Positions 51,263 to 62,000 of a DNA stretch of 64,000 nucleotides are shown piece after piece; the stretch's first letter is position 1; each line of letters starts with the position of its first letter. The notes under the pieces are model-generated. The model was not told the origin of the DNA. It saw only the letters and a list, made by a program, of their open reading frames with translations, and ran no database searches. A program made the translations under genes and the position numbers. The stretch is taken from the NCBI GenBank assembly GCA_963666285.1, contig OY762711.1, one strand, 5' to 3'. Source of the DNA: Sedimentisphaerales bacterium. GTDB taxonomy: Bacteria > Planctomycetota > Phycisphaerae > Sedimentisphaerales > SM23-30.

Positions 51263-52588
51263 TTACGCTTGTTTAATCTGATCCTTCCCGGCTTCTTTAC
51301 TCTTCAGCAGCGCCTCATCCGCCGCCGCCAGCAGCAGCTTTACACTATCACCATCCTTCGGATAGCTCGCAATCCCACCCGAGATCGATAGCTTACTCAC
51401 ATGGCTCCGATACCGCGACGCACAACTGCTCTCACTCACAAGCTTACGAAAATTATTACTTATCCGCAATACCATCTCGTCATGCCCCGGCATCTCAGAA
51501 CACTCCTCCGCATACTCAGGCTTCACCTCACGCTGCAGCTCAGGCGCATCCCAGAACAATACCGCAAACTCATCGCCGCCCAACCGGGCAACAACATCAT
51601 GCTTACGACAACACTGCCTCACAAGCTCAATCGCCTGGCACAATATATGATCGCCCGCAACATGACCGTACGTATCGTTATAATATTTAAAATTGTCAAT
51701 ATCAAATACCAGCATCGCAATCTTGATATTCTCACTTTCAGCTCTCGCCAAAAGCTGCCTCATATACGATTCAAGGTACCGGCGGTTATACGCTCCGGTC
51801 AGCTCATCGACAGTCGCCAAAGATTTCAGATCATGGTCACGCTCGCACAACTCAAACAAAACTGCCAGATACTCGGCTATCTCACCAACCGTCTTCTTAT
51901 CTATCGATATCTGGTCAGCCCACACCCGAATTTCGCCAAAATCGTGGCCACTTCCACTCAATAGCTTCGCCGTCGCGCTAGCGCCGCTCGACGCCGTACA
52001 CTCCCCGTCTTCGTCCGCGCCTGGTTCTCCAACCACTACACGCCGCGCCTCGAAGAAATCCGTCAGCAGCTCTTCGCTCATCAGCCGCAAATGCTCCGCG
52101 CCCTGCGGAACTGCACCCGCAAGCTCCCGGCATACACTCATAAACCGGCCGCGAACCATATTCGAAAAGAATCCGGCCATCTCACTGGCATCATCCACAC
52201 TCAAAGTATTACGATCCTTCAGCTCCACCATACCGGACGAGCGAACCTTACCACCGGCCGCTATTATTTCACGCAGCTTATTCGCAGACGCCGGCAATAT
52301 CAGAATATCGTCCATACCCGCTCCCTGCAGCTCTGCATGATACGCCTCGGTCCACGCATGACCGTAACCCACCAGCCGCGCACCGGCCGCAGCAGTTTTC
52401 AACGCTCTTACCACATCCTTCGCATTAGAACCGGCCTGCTCTATGTTAAGCATTATTATATCAGGGTTTATATCTCCTGCATCTGCTATCGCCTTCAGGA
52501 TACTGCTCTCACTGTCAACCTCTGGCGATACCTCTCCCGCAGCCCGGCACAACAAACTCGCCATCATGCCATCATCAGCTATCAACAA
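51263..52588 (-). CDS. Diguanylate cyclase with degenerate N-terminal receiver domain
   Basis: DELTGAYNRR, DIDNFKYYNDTYGHVAGD, I-site RKHD, RLGGDEF. Confidence 0.92.
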   Translation of the reverse strand: MLIADDGMMASLLCRAAGEVSPEVDSESSILKAIADAGDINPDIIMLNIEQAGSNAKDVVRALKTAAAGARLVGYGHAWTEAYHAELQGAGMDDILILPASANKLREIIAAGGKVRSSGMVELKDRNTLSVDDASEMAGFFSNMVRGRFMSVCRELAGAVPQGAEHLRLMSEELLTDFFEARRVVVGEPGADEDGECTASSGASATAKLLSGSGHDFGEIRVWADQISIDKKTVGEIAEYLAVLFELCERDHDLKSLATVDELTGAYNRRYLESYMRQLLARAESENIKIAMLVFDIDNFKYYNDTYGHVAGDHILCQAIELVRQCCRKHDVVARLGGDEFAVLFWDAPELQREVKPEYAEECSEMPGHDEMVLRISNNFRKLVSESSCASRYRSHVSKLSISGGIASYPKDGDSVKLLLAAADEALLKSKEAGKDQIKQA

Positions 52589-52705
52589 TATTTTTTCTGT
52601 CTGACTATTCAGATAACTCTCCTTTATACAATAACTTATATAATTGGATTCGCGCTAGCGATACCTCAAAAACCTCTTACTTCTCACTTCTCGCTTCTAA
52701 CTCTT

Positions 52706-53356
52706 TCATTCTTCCAACAGCGACCTGAGCTCATCATCACTCAGCGATATATCTGTAAGTCCTTTATTAGACTTATCTTCCACTTTTTTTCGTTCAACAA
52801 TCTCCCCGTCATCACCATCTTTACCCGCTCCGCCCTTCTCCGCCGGAACCTCAATTATCCTCATCTCCTCATCCTCTAGCAAACTATAAGTCTCTTCTTC
52901 ACATACCCTTATATTGCTTTCATCAATTAAAGGGGTCCGTCCCCTTTTTTCCGACCGACCGCCGCCGACTATCGAATCAAACAGCCCCGGCCTGAGATTA
53001 TCCAGAAACATCGCTCGATCTGCCCCGGCCTTTAGCGAGGTTTGTAGCTTACTCTCATTATTATTTGATACCGCTAGAGTTACAACACTATCATGCTCCT
53101 TCAACAGCGTAAACAACTCCATCTGACCCAACGTCAGGGTATCAGCCCAGACCATCACAACAATAAGCTTACCAGATTGTAAATTACCTTCTGACAGCAA
53201 CTTAAATGTCTCTGCCATCGCCTGGTAAACATTATCACAAACACATAGATCAACTTTATCGTTGCGACCTATACGCTCGAATATCTCTGACTGCTTCTTC
53301 TCAGGAGCAGTTATTATCAAGTATGTCTCAGACCGATCTAATTCCATATTATTCAA
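52706..53356 (-). CDS. Hypothetical protein (degenerate REC-like N-terminus, acidic tail)
   Basis: 216-aa ORF co-oriented with the GGDEF gene; VYQAMAE, SLKAGAD; C-terminal LSDDELRSLL. Confidence 0.6.
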   Translation of the reverse strand: MNNMELDRSETYLIITAPEKKQSEIFERIGRNDKVDLCVCDNVYQAMAETFKLLSEGNLQSGKLIVVMVWADTLTLGQMELFTLLKEHDSVVTLAVSNNNESKLQTSLKAGADRAMFLDNLRPGLFDSIVGGGRSEKRGRTPLIDESNIRVCEEETYSLLEDEEMRIIEVPAEKGGAGKDGDDGEIVERKKVEDKSNKGLTDISLSDDELRSLLEE

Positions 53357-53878
53357 CCTGGCATCAGGAAAAATCCAACTAATTACAGATTTAACTCACT
53401 AATATAAAAGTACTTACACCTCAACAAAAAATCAGATTCCCCGGCAAGTACAATATATCTTTCCTTTACTTTACGCCTTCTTTTGGGACTTACAACCTCC
53501 TTTTATAAACTGATTATAATGTACAAGTTACGTTTAAAACAAGAAAAATCGCCTTTTCACTATAAAACATAGATTTGGTACTACCAGACTGAGCCGTCCC
53601 TAAAAAGAAACTTCCCAGCTTCCACTCCGTTTAGGCCCCGCACACTCGCCGTGCACCCTTCGCACATACTCCGTATTATCGCCGCACACCGCCCCGCCCT
53701 CTCGGCATACAAACTCGGCTGTCTCTCTGGCAGTTACACACTCTCAATTTTCATTTTTGGCAGTACCCAAACACCCTCTAAAAACCGACCGTTTCACTAA
53801 ATACTACCCACTATAAACACCTACAATACAACATCTTACAACTTGCCGCTAACTACCAAACTCCCCTTCCCCCAACAT

Positions 53879-53894
53879 TGGCACATCATTTGCA
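53879..53894 (+). promoter_or_regulatory. sigma54 (-24/-12) promoter
   Basis: TGGCAC-ATCAT-TTGCA, matching TGGCAC-N5-TTGCW, ~50 bp before ATG 53945. Confidence 0.72.
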
Positions 53895-53944
53895 TTTACT
53901 ATTTATGTTGAATTGTTTAATTATTTGATTTTGAAGGTTAGAAT

Positions 53945-54451
53945 ATGACCGTTTCACTTTCACAACATGATACAGTCAATGTACTTATGAGCAACAGCTA
54001 CTGGGCCTGGCCCCAGGCTGTCCAGCAGATATTCCAGCCTTGCGGCGTGAATGTGCTCATGGCCAATGACACCAACGACATTGTGAAAATCATCGACAAC
54101 CGAAAAGTTCACCTTGCCATAATCGACAATTCAATCGATAACGAGTCCGGCCTGAAGGCACTCGATATCATCAGAAAACAAGATAAGTTGATGCCCTGCC
54201 TGCTCTTAGCGGGCGACGTTAACGACAAACTGCTCGCCGGAGCACTGAAACTGAACGTCTGTTCGGTACTGGCCAAGCCAATAAATATTGTCCAGCTGGC
54301 CAACCAGATGAACAAAATTTTTCGCAAGTATTATTCCTGCGATATTTTCGGACAGGCCAACGACCTGCTCGGCAATTACCTCACGGAACATAAAGTTGAA
54401 CTGACCGACAAGAAAATTTCGTTGCGGCTGTCAATCAAGAAAAAGAAGTAA
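53945..54451 (+). CDS. Single-domain response regulator (atypical REC)
   Basis: HLAIID, SGLKAL, PCLLL, VLAKP; lacks the N-terminal acidic DD pair. Confidence 0.75.
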   Translation: MTVSLSQHDTVNVLMSNSYWAWPQAVQQIFQPCGVNVLMANDTNDIVKIIDNRKVHLAIIDNSIDNESGLKALDIIRKQDKLMPCLLLAGDVNDKLLAGALKLNVCSVLAKPINIVQLANQMNKIFRKYYSCDIFGQANDLLGNYLTEHKVELTDKKISLRLSIKKKK

Positions 54452-54516
54452 GTACTTAAATCATAAATAGATAGTTAACATAACAATAGTAACAATTTTA
54501 ATAAGGAGTTATTCAA

Positions 54517-54804
54517 ATGAATGTAAGACCACTTGCTGATAAGGTACTGGTAAAGAGACTGGAAGCTGAATCGACAACAAAGGGCGGTATTGTTTTGCCT
54601 GACAGTGCAAAGGAAAAACCAAAACAAGGCACAATCGTTGCTTTAGGCGACGGTAAACTTCTGGATGACGGCAGCCGAGCTGCTTTCCAGGTCAAAAAAG
54701 GCGATACAGTTCTGTTTAGCTCTTACGCCGGCACAGAAATCAAGCTCGATGGCGACGAATTCCTTCTAATGGACGAATCTGACATCTTAGCCGTAATTGG
54801 ATAA
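54517..54804 (+). CDS. groES: Co-chaperonin GroES
   Basis: RPLADKVLVKR..AESTTKGGIVLPDSAKEKP. Confidence 0.97.
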   Translation: MNVRPLADKVLVKRLEAESTTKGGIVLPDSAKEKPKQGTIVALGDGKLLDDGSRAAFQVKKGDTVLFSSYAGTEIKLDGDEFLLMDESDILAVIG

Positions 54805-54851
54805 ATAACAAACATTTGCAATAAAAATTTGATAATACACAGGAGATAAAA

Positions 54852-56483
54852 ATGGCTGCAAAGAAAATAATTTTTGATAATGAAGCACGTCAGGCGGTAC
54901 GTGACGGTGTAGTTAAACTGGCTAAAGCAGTTAAAGTTACACTTGGCCCTGCCGGCAAAAACGTAGTAATAGAAAAATCATTCGGCACACCAACTGTCAC
55001 CAAAGACGGTGTTACTGTTGCCAAGGAAATCGAACTCGAAGATGCATGCGAAAATATCGGCGCTCAGATGGTAAAGGAAGTCGCATCAAAGACTTCTAAC
55101 GCTGCTGGTGATGGTACTACCACTGCTACTGTTATGGCTGAAGCTATTTATTGCGAAGGTTTGAAAAATGTTGTTGCAGGCTGCAACCCAACAGTAATCA
55201 AACGCGGTATAGACAAAGCTGTAACTGCTGTTGTAGAAAGCTTTAAGAGCATGAGCATTCCAGTTGACAGCAGCAAGCAGATCGCCCAGGTTGGTACTTG
55301 TGCCGCTAACCAGGATGCAGAAATCGGTAAAATGATCGCCCAGGCTATGGACAAAGTCGGTAAAGACGGCGTAATCACAATCGAAGAAGGCAAAACTCTA
55401 GAAACCACGGTTGACCTGGTTGAAGGTATGCAGTTCGATAAAGGTTATGTATCACCACACTTTGTAACTAACACAGAAAACATGACTTGCGAACTGGAAA
55501 AACCATTTATCCTTATCTTTGAAAAGAAAATCAGCACAATCAAAGACATCGTGCCAATCCTGGAAAAAGTTGCCCAGGCTGGTCGTCCTTTGCTGATCAT
55601 CGCAGAAGATATCGAAGGCGAAGCACTTGCCACCCTGGTAATTAACAAGCTTCGCGGCGTACTTAACGTTGCCGCTGTCAAGGCTCCTGGTTTTGGCGAC
55701 CGCCGCAAGGCAATGATGCAGGACATCGGCATCCTGACCGGCGGCCAGCCGGTATTTGAAGACCTGGGTATTCAGCTTGAAACCTTAGGCATCGAAGAAC
55801 TCGGTCAGGCCAAGAAAGTTGTCATTGACAAGGAAAACACAACTATCATCGAAGGTGCCGGAAGCACAGATGATATCAAGGGCCGTATCGACCAGATCAA
55901 TAATGAAATCAACGCTTCAACCAGCGACTATGATATTGAAAAACTACAGGAACGCCTCGCCAAGCTGAGCGGCGGTGTTGCCCAGATCAATGTTGGTGCT
56001 GCTACCGAAGCTGAAATGAAAGAAAAGAAAGCCCGTGTCGAAGATGCTCTACACGCTTGTCGCGCCGCAGTTGAAGAAGGCGTTATGCCGGGCGGTGGCG
56101 TATCAATGCTGCGTGCTATCAAAGCACTGGAAAGCGTTAAAGTCACCGGCGACGAAAAAGTCGGTGTTGACATTGTAATGCGTGCCCTGAGTGCTCCGAT
56201 CAAACAGATCGCCTCTAACGGCGGACTTGACGGTTCTATCGTTGCCCAGAAGATAATCGAAGGCGGCGATGGAAACGTAAACTTCGGTTACGATGCTGCT
56301 AAAGGCAAGTACGGCGACATGGTCAAGTTCGGCATTATCGTACCAACCAAGGTAGAACGTACCGCGCTGCAGAACGCTGCCAGTATTTCTGGACTGCTGT
56401 TGACTACTGACGCAATCGTTTCAGAAATCCCTGAAGATAAACCTGAAATGCCTGCTATGCCGGGCGGTGGCGGAATGTACTAA
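54852..56483 (+). CDS. groEL: Chaperonin GroEL
   Basis: [30 protein letters not shown]-terminal GGGGMY. Confidence 0.98.
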   Translation: MAAKKIIFDNEARQAVRDGVVKLAKAVKVTLGPAGKNVVIEKSFGTPTVTKDGVTVAKEIELEDACENIGAQMVKEVASKTSNAAGDGTTTATVMAEAIYCEGLKNVVAGCNPTVIKRGIDKAVTAVVESFKSMSIPVDSSKQIAQVGTCAANQDAEIGKMIAQAMDKVGKDGVITIEEGKTLETTVDLVEGMQFDKGYVSPHFVTNTENMTCELEKPFILIFEKKISTIKDIVPILEKVAQAGRPLLIIAEDIEGEALATLVINKLRGVLNVAAVKAPGFGDRRKAMMQDIGILTGGQPVFEDLGIQLETLGIEELGQAKKVVIDKENTTIIEGAGSTDDIKGRIDQINNEINASTSDYDIEKLQERLAKLSGGVAQINVGAATEAEMKEKKARVEDALHACRAAVEEGVMPGGGVSMLRAIKALESVKVTGDEKVGVDIVMRALSAPIKQIASNGGLDGSIVAQKIIEGGDGNVNFGYDAAKGKYGDMVKFGIIVPTKVERTALQNAASISGLLLTTDAIVSEIPEDKPEMPAMPGGGGMY

Positions 56484-56517
56484 GCAAAATAAGCTTTACC
56501 GCTATTTAGAAAAAATC

Positions 56518-56549
56518 AAAGCACCGGTTATTATGGCCGGTGCTTTTTT
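56518..56549 (+). terminator. Intrinsic terminator after groEL
   Basis: AAAGCACCGGTTA-TTA-TGGCCGGTGCTTTTTT. Confidence 0.85.
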
Positions 56550-56653
56550 ATTAGATATATAACATGTAATCATTCAATAGTTGAAAACCAATTATAATAT
56601 TGATAAACATTTCACATCATTGATTGGCTCCAAATCAGTCTTAACATTATGAT

Positions 56654-57763
56654 CTAATCCCATTGAGAAATCACAAATTCTACTGCAAGGTTTTCATCTG
56701 GTGCAATAAAGTAATTATCCACCGAATAATTTAATTTAACAACATCTTCAGATTTTTTAACTTTTACAATAACTCTGCTGTTCGCCGGAATAGAAATTGT
56801 TTTAGGACCAAACTTGCCGGTTTTGGTTAAGTTAATATCCATCAGTGATTTATTTTCAATTTCAAAATAAGCTATATTCTTGCTGTTTAGGTAATGCGGG
56901 GCAGATACTATAACATTACTTTCAAAAAGCTGTTTCAAGAACTGCTCTCTGCCATAAAGCTGATTGTTATGCCAGACAACAGTTCTATGATCTATCAATG
57001 CATCTTTAACAGCCTGAACCGTTCTATCCTTAGCAAAAACCAAAGTCAATGTACGATGTTTTTCTGCAGTATAGTTATAATCAATTGATGGCTGATGAAT
57101 ATCAGAATTACCTATCATAGTTAGATTGTTTTCAAGGCACCATTTGAATGCAGAAGGATAATATACCTTTCCGTTTGCAACTTCCATGCCATGAAGATAA
57201 TTCTTTTGTACCATTTCATCATGAAAATCCATCCATGCCCCACGTTCAACACCTTTCCATTCGTGATGATTCCAAAAGACAAAAGCATTCTGCTCATTTG
57301 CCTTGGCAACAATATTTACAAGCCTATTTTTCCTTTCATCTACATCCAATTCGTCTTTAGCGCAATATTCGGCAACTAAATCGATATCATTGATATATAC
57401 AGCATTATAATGTCCCGGAGGTGTTTCCCGAGTTATTTCAGTTCCTTTAATCAATAAAACATTACATTGCTTAGCTTTCTCAGAAGCAACTTCAAAAGGC
57501 CGATTGTGATTAGTAGGTATATCGGCTTCATGCGGCTGATATTCAATGTGATCTGTAATAGAAATTACATCAATACCTTCTCGATAGGCTTCATCTACTC
57601 TTACTGTCGGCCAGACATACCCGTCAGAAAATACCGTATGCATATGAAAATCGCAAACCAGAACTTCACAACCGGGAACATCAACAAAATATTCCCCGGC
57701 AGAAGACGGTGCGATCATACATAAATTAATAATACATAAAAAAAACAAATAATACTTCTTCAT
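56654..57763 (-). CDS. Exported PHP-domain phosphoesterase
   Basis: DFHMHTVFSDG, ITDH, GHYN, WNH, NSDIH metal ligands; signal peptide. Confidence 0.88.
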   Translation of the reverse strand: MKKYYLFFLCIINLCMIAPSSAGEYFVDVPGCEVLVCDFHMHTVFSDGYVWPTVRVDEAYREGIDVISITDHIEYQPHEADIPTNHNRPFEVASEKAKQCNVLLIKGTEITRETPPGHYNAVYINDIDLVAEYCAKDELDVDERKNRLVNIVAKANEQNAFVFWNHHEWKGVERGAWMDFHDEMVQKNYLHGMEVANGKVYYPSAFKWCLENNLTMIGNSDIHQPSIDYNYTAEKHRTLTLVFAKDRTVQAVKDALIDHRTVVWHNNQLYGREQFLKQLFESNVIVSAPHYLNSKNIAYFEIENKSLMDINLTKTGKFGPKTISIPANSRVIVKVKKSEDVVKLNYSVDNYFIAPDENLAVEFVISQWD

Positions 57764-57820
57764 TATAAACTCCTAAAATAAATATGGGTAAAATACTAAT
57801 TAGTTAACTTTCGTAGATTT

Positions 57821-58018
57821 AAGTTGCAATAACGAAGGGCCTTTGGTAAATCGCCTAAAAGGTCCTTCCTGCAATACTTTGAAATTAAACAAAACGTGAG
57901 ACGACCCGCCCTGAGCTGGTCGAAGGATTGTCGAATACCTTAATTTTTCACTTTTCGTTTTTCACTTAACTGGTCCTGTTACGGCCTTTGCGTATAATAT
58001 TGAACAGTCAAAAGTGCG
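57821..58018. repeat. Second copy of the 9514-9690 element carrying an extra 23-bp hairpin insert
   Basis: Shared AAACAAAACGTGAGACGA...TCGAA(C/T)ACCTTAATTTTTCA...GCCTTTGCGT...TTGAACAGTCAAAAGT; insert CCCGCCCTGAGCTGGTCGAAGGA at 57905-57927. Confidence 0.85.
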
Positions 58019-58051
58019 CCATGCATATGATGCGAAGCATAAACCGCACTA

Positions 58052-58909
58052 CTAACGCACAGGTTTTTTATCAGCATCTTCCTTTGTGTTTGCCACCCAT
58101 GCAACTTGATTACCATTACCAAGGCCCCCTGTATACCACCTGGCATATACATCAGTGCCGTCGCTTTGTGCAATTTCAGAAACATGACCATCAAGCCAAA
58201 GCGTATTAGAAACTCCGATACCCTTAGGATTATTGTTACCTGCTTCACCTTCAACGGAACGAGATGTTCGCTTGTGCCTAAAACACTCAACAATCGAATG
58301 CTCACTCCACTTGCTTATACTATACCGCCACTGTGTTAAGTTTATTTTCTGACCATCTGGGATATAGAACATGTCGGTTTTATTTTTATTATTGTCAAGT
58401 TTTTGTTCAAAATGGTCTTGAAGTATTATTACTTCAGACTGCCGTTTTATCCGGCCAATATTTCGATGTGATATAAAACCATTAAGACCAAAATGCGCCC
58501 AGGAATAGATTTCGGCGTCATCATTATCCGGATTCCATGTTTGCAGTTGAAATTTAGACGATGGGCAGCTAAATACATCTTTATTCTGAACGTACTTCAA
58601 ATATGCAATTCCCCAATATGCATCAGTATCATCTTTGTCATACATCTCCCCATTTGTACCAGCTTTAAACCAGTAACCACGATTGGGACTCCAATGAGAA
58701 ATACCATTGTTATCATCTATATACATAGTAAATGCAGACCCAAATCCTCTCTGGTGGGCGGCACAATATACAGCTCTGGCACTTTGCCGAGCCTTGTTAA
58801 GAGACGGCATTAGTATCGAAACCAGTAAGGCAATAATTGAAATAACCACCAGCAGCTCGATCAATGTAAATGCTCTTGTTCTTTTATTTATTCCTGTCTG
58901 TTTAATCAT
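58052..58909 (-). CDS. Prepilin-type N-terminal cleavage domain protein (DUF1559 / H-X9-DG-like)
   Basis: RAFTLIELLVVISIIALLVSILMPSLNKAR, CPS, RH...NTLWLDGHV. Confidence 0.9.
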   Translation of the reverse strand: MIKQTGINKRTRAFTLIELLVVISIIALLVSILMPSLNKARQSARAVYCAAHQRGFGSAFTMYIDDNNGISHWSPNRGYWFKAGTNGEMYDKDDTDAYWGIAYLKYVQNKDVFSCPSSKFQLQTWNPDNDDAEIYSWAHFGLNGFISHRNIGRIKRQSEVIILQDHFEQKLDNNKNKTDMFYIPDGQKINLTQWRYSISKWSEHSIVECFRHKRTSRSVEGEAGNNNPKGIGVSNTLWLDGHVSEIAQSDGTDVYARWYTGGLGNGNQVAWVANTKEDADKKPVR

Positions 58910-59000
58910 ACACTTCCTTCCACTTTCTAATCGTTAAATCAGCAAATCATAAATAATTGGGACAGGCATAATTTACCTGCCCCAAATAATAAACTGACAA

Positions 59001-62000
59001 TTACCTTAACCAGCACTCAGCAAACTGGGCCAGGTCTACATAATCTATTTGATTACTGTTGTCATAATCAAATACCGGTGAATCAACACTACTTAACCAT
59101 TGAGAAGCAAACTGGCCAAAATCAATCATATTGGTACTGCAATCGGCAAACTCTGCATTCTTATCAAATGGAACATAACCAAATACAAAGTCACTATCAA
59201 TTGCAACAGGTGCATAATCAGAACCCAGGTCTTCTGCGGTATAAACGATAAAGTCATCACCGTCATCTTCATAACTGATCAGCACACGTGCCGGACCGAA
59301 CAAGTCAGTTCCATATGAATTCAATACCAGCATACCGGCGGCAGGGCTGCAGCCTTCCAGGCTTACACGATAAACACCGGTATCTTCCCTGGTGACTGTA
59401 AACAGGCCGTTGCCGTTAACTACATCACCGTCACCAGAAACTCTACCCAGCATAATTTCACGACTGGTATAAGGCACATACAGATAACCGAAATCATTTG
59501 CCTTATAACCGGCAGAATACTGACTTTCCGCAATTGCAATATCCCAGCTGCCGCCATCAGGTGCAATATTAGCAAACCTGTCATTATTACACTGAGCTGC
59601 CGCAAACAGAATACCATCTTCAGGCGAAGCGTTTTGCATTGAAAACAGATAACGTCCGGCATAACCGGCATAGCTTGGAGTAACCGATACAGAAAGGCCG
59701 TATGAATAATCTACATTTCCGCCGGACCCTATATGACCGCTGGTAAAACCTGCCTCAAACGGGAAAAAGGCCGTCGCAAAGTCTGCATTATATTCACCAC
59801 CTGTGGTCTTGGCTATCGCCAGCCAGCTGTCTCTCCGAGGTGAAACAACTGTATGATAGTATTCGCTGTCACCAGATTCTTTACGAAGTGACTGGCGAAT
59901 AGTAGCTAGCAGCACACCTTCCTCCGCCGATAAACGAGCCCCGTTTCGAGTCAGATAAAAATCACCACGGTCACAAGCAGCAACACTTAAATAATTACGC
60001 TTGCTCTTAGCTATTATAGAACCGTAAACCTGGTTGACACTGATATCTCCTGTACTGGTAACAGTAAAATCTGCAGCGGAAATATCCGACGTGTCAAATC
60101 CGCGGCTCGGCCCTGGGGCAGCAGGAGGATTTTCAAACGGAATAAATGCAAACTGGACACCTTCATCATTCATGTCCTGCAGATTCGTAGCGCCTCCATT
60201 ATTCAGATCGTAAACATAAATTAGCCAGCCATCACCATCTGGTTCATATACAACAATGTTGTCTGTAGAATATCTGCTTACACAACCGCTGATAAGCAGT
60301 GTACCGGTTTCAGGAGTCTGGCCATCAATAGTCAAACGAATAGTACCGGTAGTGATGTGTTCAATAGCAAAGTTAAATAAACCTTCGGAATTTACAGAAC
60401 CATTATAGATGCCAAGTTTGGGACTCAAAACACCTGCTGCTATGCCAGGTGTTTCAAAAGGAACATATACAAAATTAAACGGATCGCTTTCCTTAGATAA
60501 TTGAGCGTTATCACGCACACTAATAACCCAGCCGCTGCCATCCAACGCAGCTCCGGAGACAGCATAATTATCTTCATTCTTGCCGCCACATGCCAGAAGT
60601 ACGCCATCGTACCTGCTGTCAACACCTGGAATTGTAATCTGCCAGTCGGCACCGTCTGTATATGTATAATTATAAGGACCTACCTCCATTGATCCGTCAG
60701 ATGAAATCAACTGATCGCCTAAAGTAATATTTTCACTTCCTTTTAATACATATGCTTGTCCATTATTATCCAGGTTACATACATAACCACCGGTCCAGCC
60801 GCCGCTGAATGGGAAGTAGGCAGCACCTACATTTACATTATCTTCATGAGCACCGGTATAATACGTCTCACCAAACATCTGACCGGTTGTCAGTATTGCC
60901 AGCCAGTTCGCTTCCTGACCATGGCCAATCGAGGCAGTATGAAAATGCCTAACAGTCTGAGTAGCGTAATTTTCATTAGTTCGACCGTTCTCTGCAATAG
61001 CAGCAAAGAAAATGCCATTCTCCATATCATCTGTATAAGCTGAACCAATCTGAGGATGGTAATCTCCCCTGTTGCTGTGAGGAACTGTCTCATCATTAGG
61101 ATCTGTCAGCCCAAACATTTCAGTACGCTGACCTGCCGGAATATACACACTAACATCTTCCGGTTCGTTACCTGTTCCATGCTGTATAACTTTTATATTA
61201 GCTGCCTGAACCGTAGGCACCTCTTCACGTCTGGCAATACTGTCAAAACGGGCGGCAAAATCTACAGAGAAACTAAACTCACTGTCTTCATCATCCATAT
61301 ATCCATTCAATGTCGGCGAATAGGTTTTAACATTAATCTGATTATTGATATCGTCAAACTCATAAAGACGCATCCAACCGTTTCCGCCATTATCATAATA
61401 CTGATAATCCTGGCAAACCTGGATAACTTTGTTGCCGAAAAGATTTTCGGTGACCAAAAGACCTTCACCGTCTGTTGATGCAGAATGGCCATTTAACACT
61501 AAAAAAATCTGGTCATTATTATTGATCAACCTCGTCCACTGGCCATGACCGCCAATGTCGGCGATCGCATTTATCGTATTCTCATCTCCATCTTTAGGCA
61601 GACCTGACCAGATATTCGGATCTTCGTAGCCTCCCTCGTAAGCGGTATCCTTTATATATGCATGTGTCGAGTAAATAGTAGGCAAATCGGGATGGGCATC
61701 CAAAACTCGCTGAGCCCAAAGCAGAACCTCTACATCCGGTAAATATTCCATATTCAAATGCAGCCAGGTTCTGCCGCCTGCTTCAAATACCTGGTAATGA
61801 CTGGTCCCGCGGCGACTGCTGCCGCCATACCAGCTGTCTTTATAAGCATAATAGCGAGATGGGCCGAAGTAAAAATCATAGTAGAAACATCCATCATTTT
61901 TATCACCGTTAGTATAATAGTCATGATTGCCTAAACAAACAGAATAGGGCAGTACACCATCCAGCAAATCCATGGCAGCATCTGCATTCGCCCACTCATC

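Noticed and set aside
53575..53720. Possible tRNA or ncRNA in the long intergenic region (CTACCAGACTGAGC resembles a reverse tRNA D-arm)
   Set aside because: No T-arm (GTTCRA) or acceptor stem at suitable spacing; no cloverleaf could be built
54452..54516. CIRCE element before groES
   Set aside because: TTAGCACTC-N9-GAGTGCTAA is not present here or upstream of the REC gene
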